Below, one piece after another: positions 20,628 through 30,837 of a stretch of DNA of 64,000 nt (its first letter is position 1; every line of letters begins with the position of its first letter). Position numbers and translations under genes: made by a program. Under the pieces are notes generated by a model that ran no database searches, had not been told where the DNA came from, and was given only the letters and a program-made list of their open reading frames with translations. Origin of the DNA: Leptonemataceae bacterium (GTDB lineage Bacteria > Spirochaetota > Leptospiria > Leptospirales > Leptonemataceae); assembly GCA_965227295.1 (NCBI GenBank), contig OZ245742.1, positions 320,001-384,000 of the forward strand, given 5' to 3'.

Positions 20628-21155
20628 TCACGCACCTCGGTGAAGGAAATTGGGAATATGATGCCGTTTCCTTCGCCGCAATTCATCGGGTGTTTCCCAT
20701 GCCTCAAGAGAGGCACGCCGATTTAATCTCATACGCCCCCGCGAGATATCTTCCATCTCACGTGAGATCTGCGTGATCTTGTGATCGAACAGTTCAAAAA
20801 GGGGTTCGCCCTGTAGAGTGGCCACGAATTGCTCGGCTTCACTTCGGGGCGCAAATTCGGCCCGAAACGCATAGATTGCTTGCAAGTTCAATCGACCTAC
20901 ATTGATAGCCGCCGTGATACACATGCCGGCTAACCACCAAATAAAAGCGTCCCAGAGCACGGCTGGCTTTGTGACGGCTTGAACGTATGTGGTCCGTTGG
21001 GCCTGACTATGATCAGGGCCAGGAATTGAGGCCCCTGTGCCGGTTCTTTGCACGCCCGACGGTAAATTTCTAAAATGATATATTAATCGTAATGCGGCAA
21101 CAAATGCCCCCGCAAGAGCCGGCACAGCGAAGATCTCAAAAACCATCCCCCACAA
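20628..21155 (-). CDS. Hypothetical membrane protein, low GC
   Basis: 175-aa ORF with two hydrophobic segments and AT-richer codons. Confidence 0.5.
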   Translation of the reverse strand: MWGMVFEIFAVPALAGAFVAALRLIYHFRNLPSGVQRTGTGASIPGPDHSQAQRTTYVQAVTKPAVLWDAFIWWLAGMCITAAINVGRLNLQAIYAFRAEFAPRSEAEQFVATLQGEPLFELFDHKITQISREMEDISRGRMRLNRRASLEAWETPDELRRRKRHHIPNFLHRGA

Positions 21156-21252
21156 CCACCGCCCCTAACTATCTCCGACAACAACTTTACAAACCAATCA
21201 TACCCGTACTAACCCCAGCCTCTCGACCTTTCATCCTCCTGCGCAACTCGCA

Positions 21253-22017
21253 TCACTCAAACACAAAATCATCCGCCCCGTAAACATTCAAACAATACGC
21301 CTGCAACAACGCCCCCGTTGCGTACGTCGGCGAGTAACCGTTGTCGGTGACGATCCCCACATCAAAGAACGCCGTCGTGCACTGCCCCGTGCGATTCGTC
21401 GACGTGCAGGCATTCGCGGCAAAGGTTCCCCCCGCATTCGAACAGTTCCCGCGCGCCGCGTCCTCCGCCGTGCCCGGCGCATAGTCCCGACACAACGACG
21501 CATCAATCACACAACTCCCGCCGCCGGAAACGGCGCCGTCACTCACGGCCGTGAAGTACGTGCCCGTACCGGCATCGAAAGGACTCACCTGCAAGATGTA
21601 GTCGCCCGCCGTCACCGAAACTTCGCGACGTTCTACGACGCCTGCCAGGCTGCGATCGTTTTGATAGATGGTGCGCACGCCGGGCAACGTCAGTGTCATC
21701 ACGGCATCGAGGACGGGACTCGCATATACCGTCGCAAGGACCGGCGAGTCCTGAGTGATGGTGAAAGAGTACAGGGCAATGTCGTTACCCGTGCCGAGTA
21801 CGCCGTAGCTTCCGGTACCGTCGAGGCTCAGTGCCCGCGGCGTACTTTCGACCAACACAACGCCGCCGGCGCCGAGCAGAAACAGCAGATCCGCGGAATC
21901 ATCCGCGGCGCTACGGCATGCCGGCAAGAACAGCACGCACAGCAATACACACGGCAGGAGTCGCCGCGAAATGCGCGGCCGCCCGCGGCGTGGATTTTTG
22001 ATCGACCTTTGCGTCAT
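21253..22017 (-). CDS. Predicted lipoprotein with a PPC-like beta domain and Cys-rich C-terminus
   Basis: Lipobox LFLPAC; AGDYILQVSPF; several paired cysteines. Confidence 0.7.
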   Translation of the reverse strand: MTQRSIKNPRRGRPRISRRLLPCVLLCVLFLPACRSAADDSADLLFLLGAGGVVLVESTPRALSLDGTGSYGVLGTGNDIALYSFTITQDSPVLATVYASPVLDAVMTLTLPGVRTIYQNDRSLAGVVERREVSVTAGDYILQVSPFDAGTGTYFTAVSDGAVSGGGSCVIDASLCRDYAPGTAEDAARGNCSNAGGTFAANACTSTNRTGQCTTAFFDVGIVTDNGYSPTYATGALLQAYCLNVYGADDFVFE

Positions 22018-22104
22018 GCGTTTTCTACTGACTCTTAAGTATCCAAATAACGCTCTGAAATCAAACTATTTTCCAGCGCAATTTCATCACGGAGAACCAG
22101 GACG

Positions 22105-22881
22105 ATGGCCGAACTCATTCAACGCAACCTCGACGATAACGGGGTCCTCGATCTCAAGCTGAACATCAACGCTCAGAATCAAATGAACCCCGACGGTTTC
22201 GCCGCCCTGGAGGATGCACTCACGAAGGCGTCCGAAGACAAAGGCGTGCGTGTCCTTATGCTCGGCAGCGCCGCCGACGGATTCTACTCCAACGGCCTCG
22301 ATCCCGCCGCCGTGCACGGGCGCAGCGCCGCGGAAATCGAAAAGCTCATCGAGTTCTTCTTTTCGGTTCTCAAGAAGGTCCTGTTTTTTCCGGTGCCGGT
22401 TGTCGCCTGCATCAGCGGACATGCCATGGGTTACGGCGCCATGCTCGCCCTGTTCAGCGACTACCGTTTCATGATCGATAAGGGCGCGCGTATCGCGTTT
22501 CCGGAAATCAACATCGGCATCTCCCTGCCGGTGTTTGTCGTGCGCGTTTTACAGGATGTCGTCGGCCCCGCCGCGGCCCGGGATCTCCTCTATCTCGGCA
22601 AAGCGTTGAAAGGTCCCGACGCCCTGGAGCTAGGCCTTGTCGACGAGTTACACGAGGCCGACAAAATCGAAGACAAGGCCCGTGCCCTGGCGAAAAAGCT
22701 CGCCGGTCTTTCGGCTTCCGGTGTGCGCAGCATGAAGACGAACATCATCCAACGTTATGCCGGCGACGTCGATGCAATCATCGCGTCCGATCTCAAGGAC
22801 ACCCTGGCCCTCATGCAAAGCGCCGACGCCAAAGAAGGCTTTGCCGCAATGACGGAGAAACGTCGGCCGAAGTTCAGTTAA
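22105..22881 (+). CDS. Enoyl-CoA hydratase/isomerase family protein
   Basis: FYSNGLD, SGHAMGYG, AFPEINIG, DAKEGFAAMTEKRRPKF. Confidence 0.93.
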   Translation: MAELIQRNLDDNGVLDLKLNINAQNQMNPDGFAALEDALTKASEDKGVRVLMLGSAADGFYSNGLDPAAVHGRSAAEIEKLIEFFFSVLKKVLFFPVPVVACISGHAMGYGAMLALFSDYRFMIDKGARIAFPEINIGISLPVFVVRVLQDVVGPAAARDLLYLGKALKGPDALELGLVDELHEADKIEDKARALAKKLAGLSASGVRSMKTNIIQRYAGDVDAIIASDLKDTLALMQSADAKEGFAAMTEKRRPKFS

Positions 22882-22923
22882 GAGCCGACACGGCCCGAAC
22901 TCAGGTGTAAGTCAAAAGATTTT

Positions 22924-23033
22924 TTTTGGGCGCCCCCGGCGCTACGCGCCGGTCGGGCTGCTCCGGGCTCCGCCTTCGGCTTCGGTCTTCGCTGCGCGAA
23001 GACTCGCTTCGCGACCCTTCACATCCCTGGCGC
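22924..23033 (+). ncRNA. Flavo-1-like structured RNA/repeat, copy 1
   Basis: TTTTGGGCG-CCCCC-hairpin-GGTCGGGCT...GGGCTCCGC...ACCCTTCACATCCCTGGCGC; the ends resemble the Flavo-1 consensus as I recall it. Confidence 0.55.
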
Positions 23034-23051
23034 TTGTGGTTCACGGCTCTT

Positions 23052-23214
23052 GCGTTAGCGATTGGAAGGGTGGCCGAAGGCCAGTCCGCGCGTATCGCGG
23101 ACCGCAGCGAAGCGGAGCCCTGGGCCGCTCTCGGACATCCTGTCCTTCGCGGCATAAGGCCATCCATGGCCAAAAAAGCGCGCCCCTCGCGCAGCGAGGG
23201 GAACGCCCAAAAAA
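23052..23214 (-). ncRNA. Flavo-1-like structured RNA/repeat, copy 2 (inverted, with an internal insertion)
   Basis: The minus strand reads TTTTGGGCGTTCCCC-hairpin-GGGGCGCGCT...GGGCTCCGC...ACCCTTCCAATCGCTAACGC. Confidence 0.55.
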
Positions 23215-23258
23215 TTCTTAAGTTATCCGCTAACTTCCGATTCGGAGCGATTAAGATC

Positions 23259-26200
23259 TTACGCCCCGCCGCCGGTAAACCTGGCCGTCGCTTCACGCAA
23301 ACGACGGCTGATCGTGCGAAACAACGAAAACGCCAGGCGCGGGCGGGCCAGGAGCAATCGTTGAAAGTCCTCGCGCTTGATCGCGAGCAGCGTCGCGTCT
23401 TCCTGAATCTCGACGGTGGCCGAGCGCGGTTCCTGATCGAGGATCGCCATCTCGCCGAAACAATCGCGGTCTTCCAGAATCTCCAGCGTAATGTTCTGCT
23501 TGCCCTTGTTCACCCGGACCTTGCCGCGAATGATGATGTACAACGCGTCGCCGACGTCGTTCTCGCGAAAGACGACCTGCCCGGCCTTGTAGTGCCGTTC
23601 TTTGGCGATCTCGTTCAACCACTGAAGATCCTTCCCGTCGATGTCCGCAAAGAGCGGGACACTCCGCAAAAATAAAATGCGTTCCATGTTGATGGCCATC
23701 TTCTGGACCTCCTTGCGAAGCTTCGTCACCGACGTGCGCCGCCCCTTCCACTTCTTCACCTTCGAAAGTTTGCCGATCTTTTCCAGCGCGACGACGGCGT
23801 TGTCGCGAATGAACGGCGCGTGATCATCACACATCTCGAGCAAAAACGATTCGAATTCGTGCAGGCGCAGCTCACCGATGCAATAGGCCAGGCAGGCCTC
23901 GAACCATTCGTGCTGTTTCGTAATCAAGAGTTCAATGACGATGTCCTCGAGGGTGAGTTCCTCAAGGTCCTCCGCCTCAAGGACCACGTTTCCGCCGGGA
24001 ACCACCGGAGCCACCGGCCGGGCGTTCGCCGCAATGCGTCGTTCCAGCAGGCCGGCCAGGGCCGCGCCTTCCCCACCGGTACCTTCCAGAATCTCGATGG
24101 CCTCGGCCACGGAACGCCGCTCGCCGGCCCGCAGGCTCGCCGCCGCGGCGCGCACCGTGTTTACGTCGCCGATCACCTCAAGCAGCTTCAACGCCAGCTC
24201 TTCCCGCCGCGCGGCGGCCCGTTCCAGGGAATCCAGCAGGAGGGCCGTGGCGTCTTCGTTCGGAATGCGGCGCAGCGTGCGTACGTGCACGTGATCGCGC
24301 TCCATCTTTTGCAAGATGGCGCCGAAGGATCGCCGGACGGTGCCCAGAACTTTGTGATCGAAGACCTCCCCCTCCGGTGGAACCGTCTCACCGGTACCGG
24401 CGATGGCGGCGTGTTCCCGGCGCTCGCGTAAGTTCTCTTTAACAGAAGCTAAGGCTTCAATGGCCGCGTCTTCGACGATGATTCCCTGGCGGATCAAGAG
24501 CGAGACCAGCACCGGCACACTCCCCGGATCGGCGATCTCCCCGAGACAGTTAATGATTTGTTCTTTCAACGAGTCTTCGACGTTGTCGGCCAGGGCCAGG
24601 GCGTGCAGTTCGGTGAGCCCCGACTGTCCCACGCGAACGATGGCATCCGCTGCCAGGTGGCGGGTGTCACCGTCCGGCAGAAACTCCACCAGTTTCGGAA
24701 TCACGTCGCCGCTGCCCACGGCACCCATGGCACGGATCGTTTCTTCGCGCACCGCGCGTTGTTTGCTCCCCGCCAGTTGTTCGAGAATCGGCAACAACTC
24801 CGGCCGCGCCAGTTCTCGAATGACCCGCGCCGCCATGAGTTGCCGGCCGGGGCTGCGATGCTTCGACGTCTCCACGAGCTTGCGATAGGCCCGGGAACGC
24901 CGCGCGATCGTCGGCTGAATGGCGAGCTGGGCAATCATCACCTCGCGCTGTAGTTTCAGTTCTTTGCTCTTGTTCAGCAGCGGCGTGAGCTTTTTGATTT
25001 CGCCGTCCGCGCCGATCAAACGCAACGCACGTACGGCCGCCCGGCGTAGATCTTCGTTCTCCCCTTTTAAACAACGCAACAACTCCGGCAACACCGGCTC
25101 GTAGCCCTGACGCGCGAGCAGGTACATCGCCTGCACGCGCACTTCGTCCGGAAGCTTCGGCATGCGCACGACCAGATCTCCCAGGGCCGCCGGATCGTTC
25201 AGCTTTTCGATGTACTCGAGAGCCAGCAGGGCCGCGTCCTGATCCTCGCTTTCCAGGGATCGCAGGAGCAACTTGCGAACCTCGTGGCGTCCGCCTAGTT
25301 CGCGTAAGGTACCTTCGCCGGCGTCGATGTCGTGCACGCTCAGGTTGTCCACGAGCGCGCGCATGTAATGCCGCTTGATGCCGAAGGCCAGCACGATCCA
25401 CACACCGGCAATCCCGGCCGTGGCGAAAGCGACGTACTCCAGGGGAACGGCGAAGGCCGCCACCGCGACGAGCAGAACACCGGCGAGGGCGGTGGCCAGG
25501 GGTTCCACGGCGCCGTTGATGAAAGCCCGCGCCAGACCGCGTTCTTCGGCGGGCACCGCGTTGTAGAGTAACTGACTGGAAGTCTCGTGCACCGAGTTAA
25601 GAACGCTCTCGTCGAAAAAACGCGCGAGGGCCGCAAGCCAGATGCGCGGATGCAACAACGCCACAAAACTCGCCACCGCGGCCCCGCCCGAAAAGAAAAC
25701 CGCGCGAAATCCCAGGGCCAGCGAGCCCAGCGCCATGGTCATGGGATAGATCGTAAAGGCCCCGGTGTTGCCGAAGACGCGCAGTAACGTGCGCACCAAA
25801 AACAACTGCACGAGCAATCCCGTAAGAGAAACCAGGCCGTTGAGATAACCCAGGAAGGCCGTGCGCGCCTCGTCGTTTTCGGAGCCGGGGAAAAGATCCT
25901 GCACGGCGCTCAAGAACAACCAGTCCACCGTATGCACGGTAAACCACAATGGAATCGTTAAGATCGCCAGAGCGCGTACTAACGGAACCTTCCAGACCGT
26001 CTCGAACATCTCGCGAAAATTCAGATGTTCGTCCGTGGCGTGATCACGCGTGCCGTCGATCTCAATGGCCTGCTCCTGGGCGGCGAAGCGCGTCCAGACG
26101 GCCACGGGCACCGAGAAGATCATCAAACCGATCCACACGAAAAAGATGTTCTCCGTCGAACCGAACAAACGTTGCAGCAAATCCACCGAAACCGCACCGA

Positions 26201-26678
26201 CGATCAAACCCACCAGGCCGGCGCCGCCGACGAAAGGAAAGGCCCGGCGTCCCTCGCGCGGATCGAAGAGATCGTTCGCGTAGGTCCAGAAGTGAATCTG
26301 CATGGCCAACAGAAAGATCTCGTAAAACGCGAAGACGGCGAAACCGGCCACGGCCGTCGCATCGCCGGTAATGAGCACCGTGCGCACGAGCAACAGCAGC
26401 GCCGCGAGAAAGATCAACAGAATGACGAGCAAACGATACCGTGAGATGCGCGGCTCGATGAGCGAATAGCCGGCGGAGAACGTCGTCATCAGAAAGGCGT
26501 TAAGAATGAGCAGGTACGGCACGTTCTCGGCGCCGGCGCTGCCCAGAAAAAACGACTCGCCCGCGGAACGACCGAGACCCAGGCCCGCCATAATCAAAAA
26601 AAACAGCAGCGCCATCGAAAGCGTTCGGGCTCGCTCACGCTCTGCGATGCCCAGCAGTCTCAGTAAGGTGCCGCGCAT
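23259..26678 (-). CDS. Npt1/Npt2 (TLC)-like MFS transporter fused to HEAT repeats and a cyclic-nucleotide-binding domain
   Basis: About 12 TM helices with FWTYANDLFDPREGRRAFP; HEAT-like repeats; FGEMAILDQEPRSATV phosphate-binding cassette. Confidence 0.88.
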   Translation of the reverse strand: MRGTLLRLLGIAERERARTLSMALLFFLIMAGLGLGRSAGESFFLGSAGAENVPYLLILNAFLMTTFSAGYSLIEPRISRYRLLVILLIFLAALLLLVRTVLITGDATAVAGFAVFAFYEIFLLAMQIHFWTYANDLFDPREGRRAFPFVGGAGLVGLIVGAVSVDLLQRLFGSTENIFFVWIGLMIFSVPVAVWTRFAAQEQAIEIDGTRDHATDEHLNFREMFETVWKVPLVRALAILTIPLWFTVHTVDWLFLSAVQDLFPGSENDEARTAFLGYLNGLVSLTGLLVQLFLVRTLLRVFGNTGAFTIYPMTMALGSLALGFRAVFFSGGAAVASFVALLHPRIWLAALARFFDESVLNSVHETSSQLLYNAVPAEERGLARAFINGAVEPLATALAGVLLVAVAAFAVPLEYVAFATAGIAGVWIVLAFGIKRHYMRALVDNLSVHDIDAGEGTLRELGGRHEVRKLLLRSLESEDQDAALLALEYIEKLNDPAALGDLVVRMPKLPDEVRVQAMYLLARQGYEPVLPELLRCLKGENEDLRRAAVRALRLIGADGEIKKLTPLLNKSKELKLQREVMIAQLAIQPTIARRSRAYRKLVETSKHRSPGRQLMAARVIRELARPELLPILEQLAGSKQRAVREETIRAMGAVGSGDVIPKLVEFLPDGDTRHLAADAIVRVGQSGLTELHALALADNVEDSLKEQIINCLGEIADPGSVPVLVSLLIRQGIIVEDAAIEALASVKENLRERREHAAIAGTGETVPPEGEVFDHKVLGTVRRSFGAILQKMERDHVHVRTLRRIPNEDATALLLDSLERAAARREELALKLLEVIGDVNTVRAAAASLRAGERRSVAEAIEILEGTGGEGAALAGLLERRIAANARPVAPVVPGGNVVLEAEDLEELTLEDIVIELLITKQHEWFEACLAYCIGELRLHEFESFLLEMCDDHAPFIRDNAVVALEKIGKLSKVKKWKGRRTSVTKLRKEVQKMAINMERILFLRSVPLFADIDGKDLQWLNEIAKERHYKAGQVVFRENDVGDALYIIIRGKVRVNKGKQNITLEILEDRDCFGEMAILDQEPRSATVEIQEDATLLAIKREDFQRLLLARPRLAFSLFRTISRRLREATARFTGGGA

Positions 26679-26700
26679 ACTTAAAAGAAAATCGCCGGCA

Positions 26701-28263
26701 TCATTGAAATCCGAGCACGCGAATATAATTCACGAACGGATCGGCCGTCCCCTGTAAATGCGAATTGTGTTCTTTAAGAATGCGAATGTAGTCCACGATG
26801 TCCCGGGTAATGCGCTCCCCCGGGCAAATGACCGGAATGCCCGGCGGATACGACATGACCATCTCACCGCAGATCTCGTTGACCGAGTTCTCCAGCGGCA
26901 CCGACTTCTTGTACGAATAAAAGGCGTCCCGGGGCATGACGATGGTTTCGGGTACGTCCGGAATCTGCGTGACCTTGCGAAACTTGCGCACGCGGCACTT
27001 CAGCGCGATGGACTTGAGCGCGTTGATGAGGTTGTCGATGTTGCGATCGTCGTCGCCGACGGTGATCATCGCCATGATGTTATTCAGGTCGGCCAGCTCG
27101 ATCTGAATGTTGTACTCCTGGCGCAGACGGCGTTCCATCTCGAAGCCGGTCATGCCCAGGCGACGCACGTGCACGCACAGCTTCGTATGATCAAAGCCGT
27201 GCAGGGCTTCGCCGTCCACCAGTTCGGAACCGAAGGCGTACAATCCGTCGATCTGGTTAATTTCATCTCGTGCGCGCTTAGCGTAGGCCAGCGTACGTTC
27301 CAGCAGTTCGTTGCCGTGCAGGGCCATCTGCTTGCGCGCGAGGTCCACCGAGGCCATCAACAGATACGAGGCCGAGGTCGTGCGCATGAGGTTCAGCGTG
27401 TTCAGGACTTTCTCGTTGGGAATCACGCGATTGCGATGCAGGAGCACCGACGACTGCGTGAGCGAACCGCACGTTTTGTGCGTACTGATTACGGACATGT
27501 CCGCGCCGACGTCCATGGCCGTGGACGGCAGGCCGTCGTGAAAGTACATGTGACCGCCGTGGGCCTCGTCCACGAGCAGCGCGGCGTCCCACTCCACGGC
27601 GAGCTTTTTCAATTGAGTAAGATTGCTGGTGAAGCCGTAGTAATTCGGATTGAGCACGAACAAGGCCGCGGTCTGCGGGGCGCGATGAAAGCACTTCTCG
27701 AACGAATCGTACGTGGGCGCGAGGGCGATGCCCAGTTCTTCGTGCATCTCCACCTGAGCATAAACCGGCAGCGCCCCGGAGAGGATCAGCCCGCTGAACG
27801 CGGACTTGTGGCAGTTGCGCGGCAGGATGATGCGATCTCCCGGACGCAACGCGGTCATCATCATCGTATGAATGCCCGAGGTCGTACCGTTGATCAAGAT
27901 GTGCGCGTGGTCCGCGCGAAAGGCGTCGGCCAGAAGTTCCTGGGCGTCGCCGATGACGGAGACGGGGTTCGCCAGGTCGTCCACGTCTTCCATGGAATTG
28001 ATATCGAAGAGAAACATGTTCTCGCCGAGGAACTCACGCATTTCCAGCAGGCCCTGGCCGTGCTTGTGCGCCGGCACGTGGAAGGGCGTGATCTTCTCGT
28101 CGATGTGCTGACGCACCGCCTGGTACAGGGGCGCCTGATCATGGCGCGCGGGATCGAGACTGGTCCGTTCGATTTCCGGTTTTGCATTCGACTGCGAAGA
28201 TTCTGAAGTTTGCAAAGGTTCGCCTCCCGGGCACAGGACTGATTCGCTCGCGACGATAAGCAC
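26701..28263 (-). CDS. speA: Fold-type I Orn/Lys/Arg decarboxylase (probable arginine decarboxylase, Bacillus SpeA type)
   Basis: PFHVPAHK, NGTTSG, PRNCHKS, DEAHGGH, STHKT (PLP lysine), YPPGIP; start uncertain; substrate inferred from context. Confidence 0.8.
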   Translation of the reverse strand: MLIVASESVLCPGGEPLQTSESSQSNAKPEIERTSLDPARHDQAPLYQAVRQHIDEKITPFHVPAHKHGQGLLEMREFLGENMFLFDINSMEDVDDLANPVSVIGDAQELLADAFRADHAHILINGTTSGIHTMMMTALRPGDRIILPRNCHKSAFSGLILSGALPVYAQVEMHEELGIALAPTYDSFEKCFHRAPQTAALFVLNPNYYGFTSNLTQLKKLAVEWDAALLVDEAHGGHMYFHDGLPSTAMDVGADMSVISTHKTCGSLTQSSVLLHRNRVIPNEKVLNTLNLMRTTSASYLLMASVDLARKQMALHGNELLERTLAYAKRARDEINQIDGLYAFGSELVDGEALHGFDHTKLCVHVRRLGMTGFEMERRLRQEYNIQIELADLNNIMAMITVGDDDRNIDNLINALKSIALKCRVRKFRKVTQIPDVPETIVMPRDAFYSYKKSVPLENSVNEICGEMVMSYPPGIPVICPGERITRDIVDYIRILKEHNSHLQGTADPFVNYIRVLGFQ

Positions 28264-28419
28264 CGGCCCCGAGTACTGTATATATAAATATCGAACACCG
28301 AGACCGTGAAATTCATTGCCAGATTATGCCCTTCGCCCTCGTCTGAAGTATTTGCAAAGTTTCGTAATCGCGCGTAGTCTCAGGAACGCGTGATTATGTC
28401 CGATACAACGAGAGGTAGC

Positions 28420-29619
28420 ATGTCAAAAGCACTCATCATCGGCGCCGGCGGAGTCGGCGGAGTCGTGGCGCATAAGTGCGCGCAGAATCCCGAAGTCTTT
28501 CAAGAGCTCGTCCTCGCCAGCCGCACGGTGGAAAAATGCCGGCGGATCGCGGACGACATCCGCAGCAAGTACGGTCGCGAAGTCATCACCGAGGCCCTGG
28601 ACGCCGACGACGTGCGGCAGACCGTCGCCCTCATCCAAAAACACAAACCGGACATCGTCATCAACGTCGCCCTGCCGTACCAGGACCTGGCCATCATGGA
28701 CGCCTGCCTGGAGACGAAGACCGACTACCTGGACACGGCGAACTACGAACCGCCGGACGTCGCGAAGTTCGAGTACAAATGGCAATGGGAGTACCAGCAG
28801 CGCTTCAAAGACGCCGGCATCATGGCGCTGCTCGGCAGCGGCTTTGATCCGGGCGTTACGAACGTCTTCTGCGCCCACGCCCGCAAAGAGTACTTCCAGA
28901 CCATCGAAACGATCGACATCCTCGATTGCAACGGCGGCGATCACGGCAAGGCCTTCGCCACGAACTTCAATCCGGAGATCAACATCCGCGAAATCACTCA
29001 GCCCGGACGCTACTGGGAGAACGGAGAATGGAAAGAGATCCCGGCCATGTCGGTCAACATGATGTGGGACTATCCCCGGGTCGGAGCGCGCAACTCGTTC
29101 CTGCTCTACCACGAGGAACTGGAATCCATCGTAAAGAATTTTCAGAAAGACGGCCTCAAACGCATTCGATTCTTCATGACCTTCGGCGAAGAGTACCTCA
29201 CGCACCTGCGCGTCTTGCAGAACGTCGGCATGACGAGCATTGAACCGGTCCTCTACGAAGGCCGCGAGGTCATCCCGCTGCAATTCTTAAAGGCCCTGCT
29301 CCCGGACCCGGGCAGCCTCGGCGAAAACTACACGGGCAAAACGAACATCGGCTGCGTCATCGAAGGCACGAAGAAAGACGGCAACCGCGGCCGCTACTAC
29401 ATCTACAACGTCTGCGATCATGCCGAAACCTACGCCGAGGTGAAGGCCCAGGCGGTGAGTTACACCACGGGAGTGCCGGCCATGATCGGCGCCATGATGA
29501 TGTTGCAGGGCAAGTGGAAACAGGCCGGCGTCTACAACATGGAAGAGTTCGATCCGGCGCCCTTCATCGAACAGTTGAACAAACAGGGTCTTCCCGTTAC
29601 CGAGACCTGGCTCGACTGA
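28420..29619 (+). CDS. Carboxy(nor)spermidine dehydrogenase (saccharopine dehydrogenase family)
   Basis: IIGAGGVG, NVALPYQDL, YLDTANYEP, GFDPG, FATNFNPEINIRE, QAVSYTTGVPA; adjacent to nspC. Confidence 0.92.
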   Translation: MSKALIIGAGGVGGVVAHKCAQNPEVFQELVLASRTVEKCRRIADDIRSKYGREVITEALDADDVRQTVALIQKHKPDIVINVALPYQDLAIMDACLETKTDYLDTANYEPPDVAKFEYKWQWEYQQRFKDAGIMALLGSGFDPGVTNVFCAHARKEYFQTIETIDILDCNGGDHGKAFATNFNPEINIREITQPGRYWENGEWKEIPAMSVNMMWDYPRVGARNSFLLYHEELESIVKNFQKDGLKRIRFFMTFGEEYLTHLRVLQNVGMTSIEPVLYEGREVIPLQFLKALLPDPGSLGENYTGKTNIGCVIEGTKKDGNRGRYYIYNVCDHAETYAEVKAQAVSYTTGVPAMIGAMMMLQGKWKQAGVYNMEEFDPAPFIEQLNKQGLPVTETWLD

Positions 29620-29637
29620 GCGGCGCCTTTCGTATTC

Positions 29638-30837
29638 ATGAACGGAGAACCCTTTCGAAACTTCGACCACAGCGGGCTGCCCACGCCGGTGCACGTCATC
29701 GATACCGCGGCGCTCCGGCGAAACTTAGCGATCCTGGCCGACGTGCAGGAACAGAGCGGCGCGCGCATCATCCACGCGCTGAAGGCCTTCGCCCAGTGGA
29801 GCGTCTTTCCGATCATGCGCGAGTATCTGAGCGGCGCCACCGCGAGTTCCCTGGCCGAAGCGCGCCTCGCCCACGAGGACTTCACCGACCACGGCCGCGC
29901 GGGCGAAGTACACATCACCGCGCCCGCGTACACCGAAGCGGAGATCGGCGGCATCCTGAACTGTGTCGATCACATCGTGTTCAACACCTTCACGCAATTC
30001 GATCGCTTTCGCGAACGTGTGGAACGCCACAACCGGAACATTGAATGCGGCATTCGGGTGAATCCCGAGCACAGCGAAGCGGAAACAGCACTGTACGATC
30101 CCTGCGCACCGGGATCGCGGCTGGGTTCGAAACACGCCGTGTTCGAAGAACGAATCGCACAACTCGGAATCGACGCCGCCTTCGCGGGCATATCCGGTTT
30201 GCACTTTCATACTCTCTGCGAACAGGGACTGCCGCCGCTGGAACGTACGCTTGCCGTCTTCGAAAAAAAGTTCGGCGCGTATCTCACGCGCATGCGCTGG
30301 GTAAACTTCGGCGGCGGTCATCACATCACGAAGGCCGACTACGATCGCGACGGTCTGGTGCGGCTCATCACCGAATTTCGCAATCGCCATCCGCATCTCA
30401 AGGTCTATCTGGAACCCGGCGAAGCGTCCGTCGTGGAAACCGGCGTGCTCGTCTCCACGGTGCAGGACATCCTGCCCGGCACTCCGCCGATCGCCGTGCT
30501 CGATACATCCGCGACGGCGCATATGCCGGACGTATTAGAAATGCCGTACCGCCCGGAGATCCTCGACGCATCGGAGCCGGGCATACGGAAATATACCTAC
30601 AATCTCGGCGGGCTGACGTGCCTGGCAGGCGACGTAATCGGGGAATACTCGTTCGATCACGAGCTTCAACCGGGCGATCGACTCATCTTCCTCGACATGT
30701 CGCACTACACCATGGTGAAGAACACGATGTTCAACGGCGTCGGATTACCGGCCATCGCCGTCGGCGATACGAACAGCGGAGAACTGCGCGTGGTTCGAGA
30801 ATTCGGCTTCGAGGACTACCGGCGTCGTCTGTCGTAA
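29638..30837 (+). CDS. nspC: Carboxynorspermidine decarboxylase
   Basis: ALKAFA, YDPCAPGSRLG, GLHFHTLCEQ, NFGGGHHIT, HMPDVLEMPYRP, CLAGDVIG, HYTMVKNTMFNG. Confidence 0.95.
   Translation: MNGEPFRNFDHSGLPTPVHVIDTAALRRNLAILADVQEQSGARIIHALKAFAQWSVFPIMREYLSGATASSLAEARLAHEDFTDHGRAGEVHITAPAYTEAEIGGILNCVDHIVFNTFTQFDRFRERVERHNRNIECGIRVNPEHSEAETALYDPCAPGSRLGSKHAVFEERIAQLGIDAAFAGISGLHFHTLCEQGLPPLERTLAVFEKKFGAYLTRMRWVNFGGGHHITKADYDRDGLVRLITEFRNRHPHLKVYLEPGEASVVETGVLVSTVQDILPGTPPIAVLDTSATAHMPDVLEMPYRPEILDASEPGIRKYTYNLGGLTCLAGDVIGEYSFDHELQPGDRLIFLDMSHYTMVKNTMFNGVGLPAIAVGDTNSGELRVVREFGFEDYRRRLS

Noticed and set aside
22901-23675. ORFs 22926-23675 (+) and 22901-23296 (-)
   Set aside because: They run through the structured repeat and the transporter's 3' end, with low-complexity Arg/Ala-rich translations
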